Below, in pieces: positions 39,468-49,005 of a stretch of 64,000 bases of DNA (its first letter is position 1; each line of letters opens with the position of its first letter). The DNA is from Candidatus Sericytochromatia bacterium (GTDB taxonomy: Bacteria > Cyanobacteriota > Sericytochromatia > S15B-MN24 > VGJW01). A program made the translations under genes and the position numbers. The notes beneath the pieces were generated by a model that was not told where the DNA came from, ran no database searches, and was given only the letters and a program-made list of their open reading frames with translations. The stretch is taken from contig JAYKHS010000022.1 of the NCBI GenBank assembly GCA_035285865.1, forward strand, positions 128,273-192,272, written 5' to 3'.

Positions 39468-40295
39468 GTGGATATCCTGCAGGCGATCGTACTCGGCGTG
39501 GTGCAGGGCTTGACCGAATTCCTGCCAGTCTCCAGCACCGCGCACCTGGTGCTCTTCCCCATCTTCCTCGGCTGGAAGCCCAATGGCCTCGCCTTTGACG
39601 TCGCCTTGCACATTGGCACGCTCATCGCCGTGTTCGGCTACTTCCGACGGGATCTGACCGCCATCTTCCTGGGTGGCCTCAGGAGCCTGCGCAAACCCGA
39701 TCTCGCGGGCGACCCCGACCAGCGGATGGCCTGGTACCTGGTCGTATCCTGCTTGCCGGCCGTCGCCGCGGGCCTCTTCTTCGAGGACCAGGTGGCCACC
39801 GTGCTTCGGCATCCAATGGTCATCGGCGTCGCCATGCTGGCCTTTTCTGTCCTGCTGCTGCTGGCCGAACGTGTCGGTTCGCGTCAGACAGACCTGCGCT
39901 CCATGGGCTGGCGCGAGGCGCTGATGGTCGGCTTTGCCCAGGCCTTGGCCATCATTCCTGGAGCCAGCCGCTCCGGTGTCACCATGACGGCCGGCCTCTT
40001 CGGCGGCCTGCAAAGGGAGGCTGCGGCGCGCTTCAGTTTCCTGCTGGGTTCGCCGATCATCCTCGGTGCCGCGATCCTCGAAGGGCGCCACTTGCTCGAG
40101 GACCCGAACCTCTCCTGGGCCGTCGTGGGCTCCGGCATCTTCGCTTCGGGCATCAGCGGCTACATGTGCATCCGCTTCCTGCTGGGTTATCTGCGCGAGA
40201 ACTCGACGATGGTCTTCATCGTCTACCGTCTTGTTCTGGGGGCAGTGCTCGTAGCCCTGGCGCTGACCGGACGGCTTCCCGAGGTCGTCTCCTGA
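39468..40295 (+). CDS. uppP: undecaprenyl-diphosphatase
   Basis: QGLTEFLPVSSTAHL, FDVALHIGT, PGASRSG, AARFSFLL. Confidence 0.95.
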   Translation: MDILQAIVLGVVQGLTEFLPVSSTAHLVLFPIFLGWKPNGLAFDVALHIGTLIAVFGYFRRDLTAIFLGGLRSLRKPDLAGDPDQRMAWYLVVSCLPAVAAGLFFEDQVATVLRHPMVIGVAMLAFSVLLLLAERVGSRQTDLRSMGWREALMVGFAQALAIIPGASRSGVTMTAGLFGGLQREAAARFSFLLGSPIILGAAILEGRHLLEDPNLSWAVVGSGIFASGISGYMCIRFLLGYLRENSTMVFIVYRLVLGAVLVALALTGRLPEVVS

Positions 40296-40317
40296 CAGGG
40301 CCGTCCGAACACGAGCC

Positions 40318-40545
40318 GTGACCACCGCGCATCTGACCGTCTGGTTCGAGAACCGATCCTATCGGTTCTTCCCCGGTGCCACGGTCGCCGATCTCATCGG
40401 CCGCCTGCCCGAGGAGGTCCGTCAGGCCATCCGGGAAGGCAGGGCCCTGCTGACGGATCGCGATGGCTACGAGGTCGGAATGGAGGGCGCGCTCTCACCC
40501 GAGGCTGTCTACATGCTGGTGCGTCCGGTCCGCAGCCCGGACTAG
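40318..40545 (+). CDS. small protein, possible beta-grasp (ubiquitin/ThiS-like) fold
   Basis: LTVWFENRSYRFFPGATVADLI...; coding-like bias; no C-terminal GG. Confidence 0.55.
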   Translation: MTTAHLTVWFENRSYRFFPGATVADLIGRLPEEVRQAIREGRALLTDRDGYEVGMEGALSPEAVYMLVRPVRSPD

Positions 40546-40559
40546 CGGACGCCCGGTCG

Positions 40560-40655
40560 TCACCAGATATCGAAGACGTTGCCGAGACCGCCTCGGCAGC
40601 CGGCCAGCAAGAGGGTCGCAAGGCTCGTCATCGCCAGCCGGATCGTGCGCCGCAT
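40560..40655 (-). CDS. 31-aa prelipopeptide (not in ORF track)
   Basis: MRRTIRLAMTSLATLLLAGCRGGLGNVFDIW*; GGAGG RBS 7 nt upstream; lipobox LAGC. Confidence 0.65.
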   Translation of the reverse strand: MRRTIRLAMTSLATLLLAGCRGGLGNVFDIW

Positions 40656-40816
40656 CGGGTGTCCTCCCGTCTGCCATGTACCCGCCAGCACGCGCCGGGA
40701 TGCAGTCTCACGCCACCGTCATGTCCGCTTAATCCGCAGGCTCGCGGCCGCGCGCCATGCTCCGGGCTGTCGATGCTACGGGACCGTGTCCGGGACCCTT
40801 ACGGAGAGATGCCTGC

Positions 40817-41659
40817 ATGGAATTGCCCGCGCGACTGCACGATGCTTTCGTCGAGCGGCTGGGGCCCCACATGGCGGGGCACCCTCCCCGTCCTTCCGAG
40901 CCCATGGCCCTCGCGAGGAGGCGCAACCTGCTCTTCGGGGAGCGTGGTGGAGTGTTCGGGGGACGCAACGGCGTATTCGAGGCCTTCGCGGACCTGACGC
41001 GGCGTCCGATGCTGTCGCACGACGGCGTCCGACTGGGCGTCCGCTACGCGTGTCACACGGACCTTTTCGCGGGGGTCGCGGCCTTTCATACGCACCCCGT
41101 GTCCCTCTGCCGCGACCCCGGACGGCTGCGGCGTCGCATCGACCGGCATCTCTGGCTCTCCGACGCGGATGTCCTGGCTTTTCGGGCCCAGCACCGCCGT
41201 CTGGGATTCCGATGGCATCTGGTGGCCAGCCTCGACGTGGGGCTCTTTCACATCGAGGATGTCCTGCGTGGCCGCCGGGGGCCGCGGGCCATCCTGCGCT
41301 GGCCGGGCTTCGAAGCCGGCCTGCCGGCACTCGAGGCGCTCGCATCCGAGCGCGAGGGCCTGCTGCGATGGGCAGGTGTGCGGCCGTCATGGGCCGGGGT
41401 GGACCAAGGGCTGGCAGCCTGCCTGCCTGCCGGATTGCTCCCAAGTCGAGAGCCCGGAGCCCCTGAGGTGCTGGCACTCGTCCCTTCTCTGGTCCGCGGT
41501 ATCGAGCGGCTCGATGCCGTCTCGGCGTGGCGTCGATGGGGACGCAGACCGGATGGCCATCCACCCGAAGCTCGTGCCTTTCGTGAGTTGCTCGACGCCT
41601 TGCTTCATCCCGTGGGTGTCCTCGGGAGACCTTCGGGCAATCCGCCGGAGCGAGCCTGA
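40817..41659 (+). CDS. hypothetical protein with JAB/MPN-like metal motif
   Basis: GERGGVF...FHTHP...LSDAD. Confidence 0.5.
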   Translation: MELPARLHDAFVERLGPHMAGHPPRPSEPMALARRRNLLFGERGGVFGGRNGVFEAFADLTRRPMLSHDGVRLGVRYACHTDLFAGVAAFHTHPVSLCRDPGRLRRRIDRHLWLSDADVLAFRAQHRRLGFRWHLVASLDVGLFHIEDVLRGRRGPRAILRWPGFEAGLPALEALASEREGLLRWAGVRPSWAGVDQGLAACLPAGLLPSREPGAPEVLALVPSLVRGIERLDAVSAWRRWGRRPDGHPPEARAFRELLDALLHPVGVLGRPSGNPPERA

Positions 41660-41691
41660 AGGTGGCCAGCAGGCCGAAGGAGGTGGTGCAG

Positions 41692-41877
41692 ATGTGGAAG
41701 AGGTTGCTGCTCGAGGAGGAGGGGCAGGCGCTGACCGAATACGGTCTGATCCTGGGCCTCATCGCCGTGGTGTGCGTCGGCGCCCTGTCCCTGATGGGGA
41801 CCAACGTCAACAACATGCTCAAGTCCATCGCGTCGACGCTCGGCAACACCGGGGCCGGGGGCAATGCGAGTCCCTGA
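41692..41877 (+). CDS. flp: Flp type IVb pilin
   Basis: EEEGQALTEYGLILGLIAVV; GGAGGT RBS. Confidence 0.93.
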   Translation: MWKRLLLEEEGQALTEYGLILGLIAVVCVGALSLMGTNVNNMLKSIASTLGNTGAGGNASP

Positions 41878-42247
41878 CCTCCGGGCGCGCGGCCAGGCCA
41901 TCGTCGAGGTGGCCCTGGCCCTGCCCGTTCTCCTCCTGCTCATCCACGCGGTTGTCGGCATGGGGCAGGTCCATGCCGCTGGCCTGGCGCTGGTGCATGC
42001 CAGTCGCGAGGGAGCACGTGCCCTGGCCGTGGGGCGCGGGGCCGCGGCCACGCTGGGGGAGGTCCGGCGGCACCTGGCCCCGCTGGACCCGGGCGGTCGG
42101 ACCGAGATCGATCTGAGCGGTGAACAGGCGGCTTCGGGTGAACGCGTGCGTGTCGCGTTGTCGTGGCAGTATCCGTCGCCGTGGCGTTGGCTTGGTTTGC
42201 CGGAGCATCTCCCGTTGCAGGCCGCCGCCACGATGAGGCGCGAGTGA
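41864..42247 (+). CDS. tadE: TadE-like pseudopilin
   Basis: RGQAIVEVALALPVL...ASREGAR. Confidence 0.85.
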   Translation: MRVPDLRARGQAIVEVALALPVLLLLIHAVVGMGQVHAAGLALVHASREGARALAVGRGAAATLGEVRRHLAPLDPGGRTEIDLSGEQAASGERVRVALSWQYPSPWRWLGLPEHLPLQAAATMRRE

Positions 42248-43086
42248 TGCGCCTCGGCTTGCGCATCGTGCTGGTCGTGGCGGCCGGGGCCACGGCCGGT
42301 GTCGTGGCTCACCTGCTGGACGGGGGGCCGTCCGGCCGTGCCGAGGCCAGGAGTCCTCTCTGGATCCTCCGTCGCCCGGTGCCCGTCGGCCGTGCACTCC
42401 TGCCGGATGACGTGGTCCTTGGTGCGTGGCCTGTCGACAGCCTGCCACCCGGTGCGGTCGGAGCGGACACGAAGCCCTTCGGTCGGACCACGCGGGTGGC
42501 GCTCTTTCCGGGCGAGCCTCTCCTGGATGCGCGGCTCCTCGCCGTCGGTGCCTCCGCGGAACCGGGTATCCTGCCCGTTCCGGCCGGTCATCGTGCCGTC
42601 ACCGTGGCTGTCGATGAGGTTGTCGGGGTCGCGGGTTTCGTGGTTCCCGGCTCGCGCGTCGATGTCGTGGCGACGATGGATCTTGACGGGATGCCGACGA
42701 GTCGGGTGATTCTCGAAAATCTGGTCGTCCTGGCGGTGGCCCAGCGCACCTCGGGCGAGGCCTCCGAGGAGCCCCGTGTCGTGCCCTCGGCCACGCTGGC
42801 GGTCCGGCCGGACGAGGCGACACGCCTGATCCTGGCCAGTGACCGTGGCCATATCCGGTTGGCCATGCGTGCGCCTGGCGAGGACGCCGGTCAGGTTCCT
42901 CGTCCGGTGACCTGGACGGCGCGTCGCCTGCTGGCTCTGCCCTCGAGCACAGGGAGGCCGCCAGTCCGGTTCGGTGCACCCAAGGCCCGGCCCAAGCCGG
43001 TTCGTTCACCTTCCCCTCAGCCGACGGCGGAGCCGCCGGTTCCGGTCCATCGCGGTCCACAGACCGACTGGATGCGTCCCGAATGA
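42247..43086 (+). CDS. cpaB: Flp pilus assembly protein CpaB
   Basis: SAF-like region; GHRAVTVAVDEVVGVAGFVVPGSRVDV, LENLVVLA. Confidence 0.9.
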   Translation: MRLGLRIVLVVAAGATAGVVAHLLDGGPSGRAEARSPLWILRRPVPVGRALLPDDVVLGAWPVDSLPPGAVGADTKPFGRTTRVALFPGEPLLDARLLAVGASAEPGILPVPAGHRAVTVAVDEVVGVAGFVVPGSRVDVVATMDLDGMPTSRVILENLVVLAVAQRTSGEASEEPRVVPSATLAVRPDEATRLILASDRGHIRLAMRAPGEDAGQVPRPVTWTARRLLALPSSTGRPPVRFGAPKARPKPVRSPSPQPTAEPPVPVHRGPQTDWMRPE

Positions 43087-44135
43087 ACATGCTGATGCTC
43101 GCGGCTGCCATCGGTCTGTCGGGGGGGGCTTCACCCGATGTTGCCGCCACGGCCTCGACGGCTCTGCCGGATCAGACCGGAGCCGCGCCACAAGTGGTGC
43201 CTCACGCTTCGCTGTTGCGCCTCGAACCCGGACAGGCCGAGGTGCTGGTCCTGCCGGTCGATCTGCGCCGGGTAGCCGTGACCCTGCCCGGTGTTGCCGA
43301 CGTGACGCTCGTCGGCCGGAGGGAGGTCCTGGTCCAGGCACGCGGCGAGGGGCAGACGTCGCTGTGGCTGTGGCACCGCTCCGGGCGCGAGCGTCGCGAA
43401 GTCGTCGTCGCCGCGCGGCCGAACCGCTCCGGCCGGGTCGAGGTGCATGTCCAGGTTCTGGAGACGCGGATATCGGACCGTCAGGAGGCCGGAGTGACGT
43501 GGGGATCGCTCATCCAGGGGCCGGATGCCCAGGTGCGCTACGAACCGGGACAGGCAACCTTCGGCGAGTCGACGCCAGGGTCTTCGCGCTCGCTCGGTTT
43601 GGGCATGGTCGATCGAATCGCGGCCCACGCACGGGCCATGGTCCGGGATGGCAAGGCTCGGCTGCTCGCCGATCCGCGCCTCGTGGCGGACTCCGGCAGC
43701 GAGGCCACTTTCCTTGTGGGCGGCGAGGTGCCGGTACCCGTCGCCCAGCAGTTCGGGAACACCACCATGACGTGGCGCGAATACGGCATCCGTCTCGCCG
43801 TCGCGCCCCGGATCCTGCCCGACGGTCGTATCCGTCTCAAGGTCGCGCCCGAAGTCTCCAATCTCGACCAGGCCCATGGCCTGCGCCTGGGCACGCTGGA
43901 CCTGCCGGGCCTGGGCTCCCGCAAGGCCAGCACCGAGGTCACGCTCGCCTCCGGGCAGGCCCTTGTCCTTGGCGGCCTGATCCAGGAGGGAGAGGACGAA
44001 GTCGTCGATCGCGTGCCGTTCCTGGGCGACCTGCCCGTCGTCGGGGCCTTGTTCCGGCATCGACGGACCGAACGTCAGCGGACCGAACTCACCATCGTCG
44101 TCACCCCTCGTCTCGTGGAGGCCGATCAGCCGTGA
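43083..44135 (+). CDS. cpaC: Tad secretin CpaC/RcpA
   Basis: LLADPRL..SGSEATFLVGGEVP, WREYGIRL, VPFLGDLPVVGALFR. Confidence 0.9.
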   Translation: MNMLMLAAAIGLSGGASPDVAATASTALPDQTGAAPQVVPHASLLRLEPGQAEVLVLPVDLRRVAVTLPGVADVTLVGRREVLVQARGEGQTSLWLWHRSGRERREVVVAARPNRSGRVEVHVQVLETRISDRQEAGVTWGSLIQGPDAQVRYEPGQATFGESTPGSSRSLGLGMVDRIAAHARAMVRDGKARLLADPRLVADSGSEATFLVGGEVPVPVAQQFGNTTMTWREYGIRLAVAPRILPDGRIRLKVAPEVSNLDQAHGLRLGTLDLPGLGSRKASTEVTLASGQALVLGGLIQEGEDEVVDRVPFLGDLPVVGALFRHRRTERQRTELTIVVTPRLVEADQP

Positions 44136-44971
44136 TTGCAACCGTACGCCGCGGGCAGGCGCTGCCCTTGCTCGCCCTCGCCATGACCGGTCTGATGATG
44201 GCCTCTGCACTGGCCTGGGAAGCCGGAAGCCTGTGGCAGGTCCGCAGCAGGCTGCAGACGGCCGCCGACGCCGGGGCGCTGGCCGGTGCCGCGGGGCTTT
44301 CCCGGACCGCGCAGGCCGCTCGCGAGGACGCCGAGGAGATGGCCGGACTCAACGGGGCACCGGCACCCCGAGTCCGGATGCTGGGGCCGAGCCGGGTCGA
44401 GGTCACGTGTGCCACGGAGCGTCCGCTGGCCTGGGGGCGTTTGCTGGGCTGGGCGTCCGCTTCCGTTTCGGCGCGGGCCGTCGGGGAGTTGCATTGCCTG
44501 CGACCCGAGGCTGGCCTCAGGCCTTGGGGGCTGTCCCGGCGCGAGGCCCAGCCCGGTCGTGAGGTCATCCTGGCCCGACCCTGGGGTTCTGCGGCCGTGC
44601 CTCTGGTGCTCGATGGTCCGGGGGCCGAAGCCCATGCCCGGGCCGTCACGTTCGGGGCACGCGAGACCGTCCGGGTGGGGGACAAGGTCACGCCCGAGTC
44701 CGCGCACGTGGGTCCGGCGGCAGCGGCTGCCGCAGCCCGGCTGCTGGAGAGCGGGCCCGATTCCGGGACGGATCGCGCGTGGCTCGTGGCCGTGCTTTCC
44801 GATGCCGTGCCGGGCGAGACACCCGGTGTCCGTGAGGTCGCGGGCTTCGTTCGGGTAAGGCTGGTCCGGGCCACGGCCGCGGGCGAGATCCGTGCCTTGG
44901 TGCTCGGCTGGCAGGCCTCGAGTCGTGTCGAGGGGTCGGGTACCCGTTTCGCCGTAAGGTTGGTGGCCTGA
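44132..44971 (+). CDS. tadG: TadG-like pseudopilin
   Basis: RRGQALPL, RLQTAADAGALAGA. Confidence 0.8.
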   Translation: MIATVRRGQALPLLALAMTGLMMASALAWEAGSLWQVRSRLQTAADAGALAGAAGLSRTAQAAREDAEEMAGLNGAPAPRVRMLGPSRVEVTCATERPLAWGRLLGWASASVSARAVGELHCLRPEAGLRPWGLSRREAQPGREVILARPWGSAAVPLVLDGPGAEAHARAVTFGARETVRVGDKVTPESAHVGPAAAAAAARLLESGPDSGTDRAWLVAVLSDAVPGETPGVREVAGFVRVRLVRATAAGEIRALVLGWQASSRVEGSGTRFAVRLVA

Positions 44972-45825
44972 TGCGCCAGATGCGGGTGGTGCAGGATGCG
45001 GGGCTGCTGGCACGCCTGCGTGCGCGCAGGCAGGCCGAGGGTGCCGCTGCCGGGAGAATCGTCGCAATCCACGGGGCGCGTGCCGGTGCCGGTGCTTCGA
45101 CGCTGGCAGCGTCGCTTGCGCTCCTCTGGGCGCGTGTTGCCGGTCCGGTGCTGCTGCTGGACCTTGCGCTCGGGGGGGCGGATCAGGATTTATTCTGGCA
45201 GGTGACGCCCCAGCATCGGCTGGATGAGGTGCTGTCGGGTGCGGTACCCGTGTCCGAGGCTTGGACGGGCCTGCCGGGCGGGGTCCGCCTGATGCTGGGC
45301 ATGCGCGAGCCGGATCGGGGGCTGGAGCCCGATCCCCACGCCATCGAGCGCCTGCTGGACTGGCTCGCCTCCCGCCACCCTGTCGTGGTGGTGGATACCT
45401 CCGCGGGCACCTGTGAGGTCAATCGGACCATCCTCGCACGTGCCGAGCGGGTGCTGGTGCCCGTACCCGCGGAGATGGGCCATTTGCGGTCCGCGAGGTC
45501 CTTGCCCGCGCGGTGGGCAGCAAGGGGACTCGCCTCCGATCGCTTCTCGTTCCTGTTGTTCCGCCGGCCAGCCGGCCCTGAACGCGAACTCGCGGCACGT
45601 ATCCTGGACCGACCGCTCGATGGCGTCTTCCCATGGTTGCCGGATGCAGCCGGGGAGGCACTGGAGCGCGGCGAACCGCTGATTCGGACGCGCAGTGGCC
45701 GAAGCTACATGGCGGCACTCGAGGCCATGGCAGGACAGTTGTGGCCCGAGTCCGGCCTCCGGGACGGGGAGCGACGCGGCCTGTCCTGGTGGAGCGCCAT
45801 TCGTTCGGGGGGTCTGAGATCTTGA
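44971..45825 (+). CDS. cpaE: CpaE/TadZ MinD-like pilus assembly protein
   Basis: Degenerate Walker A GARAGAGAST, LLLDL, VVVDT; position in the Tad cluster. Confidence 0.8.
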   Translation: MRQMRVVQDAGLLARLRARRQAEGAAAGRIVAIHGARAGAGASTLAASLALLWARVAGPVLLLDLALGGADQDLFWQVTPQHRLDEVLSGAVPVSEAWTGLPGGVRLMLGMREPDRGLEPDPHAIERLLDWLASRHPVVVVDTSAGTCEVNRTILARAERVLVPVPAEMGHLRSARSLPARWAARGLASDRFSFLLFRRPAGPERELAARILDRPLDGVFPWLPDAAGEALERGEPLIRTRSGRSYMAALEAMAGQLWPESGLRDGERRGLSWWSAIRSGGLRS

Positions 45826-47078
45826 GCCGTCCCGTACTCGCTGCGGATCTTCTGGCACAGGCCCACAAGCGGCTTCTGGTGCTCCTCCGCGAACAGGGAC
45901 AGGAGCATGACCCCCCTGCGGACATCTTGGAGCACGTCGCGCGTCGGGCCGTGCGGGATGTTCTCGGAGCGCGACCTGCAGATCTGCCGTTGATGGTGCA
46001 GTTGCTGCTTGCCGAGGTGCGTGGCCTGGGGCCGCTGGACGCGCTCATGGGCGATCCTGCGGTCAGCGAGATCATGGTCAACGGCCCCTCTACCGTCTGG
46101 GTCGAGCGCGGCGGACAGATCGAGCGCACGAGCTTGCGTTTCCACGACGAGGCCCATCTCCGGCGCATCATCGACCGGATCGTGCAGCGCGTCGGCCGAC
46201 GTGTGGACGAGGCCACGCCGATGGCCGACGCGCGTCTGCCCGACGGCAGTCGCGTCAACGTCATCCTGCCACCTTTGGCTCTAGACGGCCCCGTGCTGAC
46301 CATCCGCCGCTTCCGCGCCACGCCGCCGGATGCTGCCGAGTTGCTGGCACAGGGGGCCTGGACGACCGAGGTAGAGGCCTTTCTCGCTGCCGCCGTGCGT
46401 GCGCGTTGCAATATTCTGGTTTCCGGTGGCACGGGCACCGGAAAGACCACCCTGCTCAACGTCCTGTCCCGCTATATCCCGGATCGGGAGCGGCTGATCA
46501 CCATCGAGGATGCCGCAGAACTGCGTCTGCAGCAGCCCCACGTCGTCCGCCTCGAGACGCGACCCGGTGCGCCCGGGGGCCTGGGCCGCGTGGATCAGGC
46601 GGAGCTGCTGCGGAACAGCTTGCGGATGCGACCGGATCGGATCCTGCTGGGTGAGGTCCGCGGGGCGGAAGCGCTTACCATGCTCCAGGCCATGAACACG
46701 GGCCATGAGGGTTCCTTGGCGACGCTTCACGCGAATGCGCCTCGTGACGCCCTGGCGCGCCTCGAGACGATGGTCCTCATGTCCGGTGCGGAGTTGCCCC
46801 TGCGTGCCATACGCGAACAGGTGGCCCGCGCCGTGGATCTGGTGGTCCAGGTCGCCCGCTGGCCGGGCGGGAGTCGCGGAGTGGCTTCCGTCGTCGAGGT
46901 ACTGGGCATGGAGGGGGACACCGTGACGATGCAGGAGTTGTTTCGTCGTCCGGAGGGTGTCGATGCCCCTATGGCACTGCAGGATTGCGGGCTCGTGCCG
47001 CGCGTGGCAGCCCGGCTGCGGGAGGTCGGCTGGTCCAGGCCCGTGGCGGGTCCGGGAGGACGCGGGCCGCGCTGGTGA
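45822..47078 (+). CDS. cpaF: Tad ATPase CpaF/TadA
   Basis: [53 protein letters not shown]. Confidence 0.95.
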   Translation: MSRPVLAADLLAQAHKRLLVLLREQGQEHDPPADILEHVARRAVRDVLGARPADLPLMVQLLLAEVRGLGPLDALMGDPAVSEIMVNGPSTVWVERGGQIERTSLRFHDEAHLRRIIDRIVQRVGRRVDEATPMADARLPDGSRVNVILPPLALDGPVLTIRRFRATPPDAAELLAQGAWTTEVEAFLAAAVRARCNILVSGGTGTGKTTLLNVLSRYIPDRERLITIEDAAELRLQQPHVVRLETRPGAPGGLGRVDQAELLRNSLRMRPDRILLGEVRGAEALTMLQAMNTGHEGSLATLHANAPRDALARLETMVLMSGAELPLRAIREQVARAVDLVVQVARWPGGSRGVASVVEVLGMEGDTVTMQELFRRPEGVDAPMALQDCGLVPRVAARLREVGWSRPVAGPGGRGPRW

Positions 47079-47902
47079 CGCACGCGTTGCTGCCCCTGAG
47101 CGTCTGGGCCGCTTTGTCAGTCGCCGGGCTCACCGCGTTCGTGCTGGCGCGGGATGCCGCCGTGGCTCGTGCGCGGTTCTGGCATCGCCGCCTCGGCAGC
47201 CCCGTGCCTCGGGACGCGTGGCGTCTGCCCGGACGCAGCGGCCAAGCCCTGCAGGACCTGCTCTGGAGAGCCGGCATCGAGCGGCCGAATCGCGGGGTCG
47301 TGCTGGCGGTCCTCCTGCCTGTACTTCTGCCGATCTTCCAGTATCGAGCGGGCCGCAGATCGTCGCAGTTGCGCGCGCAACTGCCCGATGGCCTCGAGAT
47401 GCTGGTCGAGGGCTTGCGTATCGGTCAGGGCCTGCAGGCCTCCTGGCAGACCGTCGCGATGCAATGGCCCGATCCCCTGGGTCGCGAGTGGCGCCGGGTC
47501 CAGGCCGAAATGGCGCTCGGTCTGGCCTGGAGCGAGGCCATCGCCGGGATGGCCCGCCGCACGCCCATGCCCGAGCACGACCTGCTGGTTCGCGCCGTGG
47601 CGCTCCAGCAACGGACGGGGGCGCCGTTGGCCGACGTGCTGGCACGCCTCGTCGACACGATGCGGGAGCGGGCGGAACTGGAGGGGGAGTTGGCCGCGCT
47701 GACGGCACAGGGCCGTCTATCCGGCTGGGTTCTCGGTGCGCTGCCCCTCTGCGTGGCCGCCTTGATGGCTTTCCTGGCACCCGCTCATATCGGCGACTTC
47801 CTTGCGCATCCCGTCGGCAGACAGCTGGCTCTTCTGGCCCTGCTGGCCCAGGGCTTGGGCGTGGTGGCCATGCGGCGCGTGCTCCGTCTCGAGGACGGGT
47901 AA
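47075..47902 (+). CDS. tadB: TadB (T2SS F-family)
   Basis: QLPDGLE, LQQRTGAPLADVL, ALTAQGRLSG. Confidence 0.88.
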   Translation: MTHALLPLSVWAALSVAGLTAFVLARDAAVARARFWHRRLGSPVPRDAWRLPGRSGQALQDLLWRAGIERPNRGVVLAVLLPVLLPIFQYRAGRRSSQLRAQLPDGLEMLVEGLRIGQGLQASWQTVAMQWPDPLGREWRRVQAEMALGLAWSEAIAGMARRTPMPEHDLLVRAVALQQRTGAPLADVLARLVDTMRERAELEGELAALTAQGRLSGWVLGALPLCVAALMAFLAPAHIGDFLAHPVGRQLALLALLAQGLGVVAMRRVLRLEDG

Positions 47903-48931
47903 GGGCCGCCCCTCGACGATCGGCACCCAGAGGTTCCTGCCGATCTCGAGCAGGACTGCCGTCAGGGGCACCGCGATGAGGGCGCCTTGGAGCCCCAGCA
48001 GGCTGCCACCGAGCAGGATGCCCAGGATGAGCAGCGAGGGCGGCAGGTCCACGGCACGCGCGTAGAGCCACGGACCGATGACGTTCTGCTGGACCGCTTG
48101 CGCCACCACGAAGACGGCGAGGGTCTTGAGGGCCAGGGCAGGTCCTGCCGTGACGGCGACCAGCACCGCGAGCAGGCCGCCGACGGCGCCGCCGAAGGGC
48201 ACGATCTCCAGCACGCCTGTCAGGACCCCCAGCACCACGCCGAAGGGCAGGCCGATCAGGCTGTAGCCGAGAGTGAGCAACGCGGCAAGGGCCGCCAGCG
48301 TGAGCAGCATCGCCCGCACGTAGGCACCGAGGCGTTCGGCGATGGGTTCCAGCTGGGCCCGGACCTGTGGGCGCACGGCGGGTGAAAAGCACGCCAGGAT
48401 GCCACGTTCGAGCAGGGGAGCGTCGATGAGCAGGAACAGGGCGGTGATGAGCACGATGCCGGTATTGGCCACGGCCCCGAGGATCGTTCCGGCCACGCCC
48501 ATGCCCGAACGGATGGCACCCGCCGCCCTGCTGGCCAGCCAGCCCGCGAGATCCGTCTCACCCAGCGGGAGGCCCAGGCGGATCCCGAGGCGCCGTACTT
48601 CGCCGAAGTGCTCGCGCCATGTCTCCGCGAGCCCCGGAAGCGCGCCGGCAAAGGCCTCGGTCTGGCTGAGAATGCCAGGTACCAGGGCAGCACCAGCCCC
48701 AACGACCAGAATCAGGGTGCCGCTGAAGGCCACCATCGCAGCGGGTCCCTGGCCCAGGCCGGTTCTCCTGCGGATGGCGGCCACGGTCGGTTGCAGCGAA
48801 GCCGCCACGAGGGCGGCCAGGAAGACAAGCACCAGCACGTCGACGAGTCGCAGCAGCAACCAGATACCGAGCACCAGGGCCGTGATGGTCGCGATCGATG
48901 ACGGGGCAAGGCGCAGGGTCGGACGTTCCAT
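47717..48931 (-). CDS. AI-2E family transporter (3' end overlaps tadB)
   Basis: Multiple TM segments; LGAYVRA, LEIVPFGG, QNVIGP, GGSLLGLQGALIAVP. Confidence 0.88.
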   Translation of the reverse strand: MERPTLRLAPSSIATITALVLGIWLLLRLVDVLVLVFLAALVAASLQPTVAAIRRRTGLGQGPAAMVAFSGTLILVVGAGAALVPGILSQTEAFAGALPGLAETWREHFGEVRRLGIRLGLPLGETDLAGWLASRAAGAIRSGMGVAGTILGAVANTGIVLITALFLLIDAPLLERGILACFSPAVRPQVRAQLEPIAERLGAYVRAMLLTLAALAALLTLGYSLIGLPFGVVLGVLTGVLEIVPFGGAVGGLLAVLVAVTAGPALALKTLAVFVVAQAVQQNVIGPWLYARAVDLPPSLLILGILLGGSLLGLQGALIAVPLTAVLLEIGRNLWVPIVEGRPLPVLETEHAPHGHHAQALGQQGQKSQLSADGMRKEVADMSGCQESHQGGHAEGQRTENPAG

Positions 48932-49005
48932 GCAGTCAGGATACCCCGTGGGGCATCGATGACGGACGCAAAAGCCTCGGGTCAGTCGGGCGTCACGGAC
49001 CATTC

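Noticed and set aside
42974..44131. 665-aa ORF suggesting a large TadG fusion
   Set aside because: The first ~386 codons overlap the secretin in another frame; TadG starts at about 44132.
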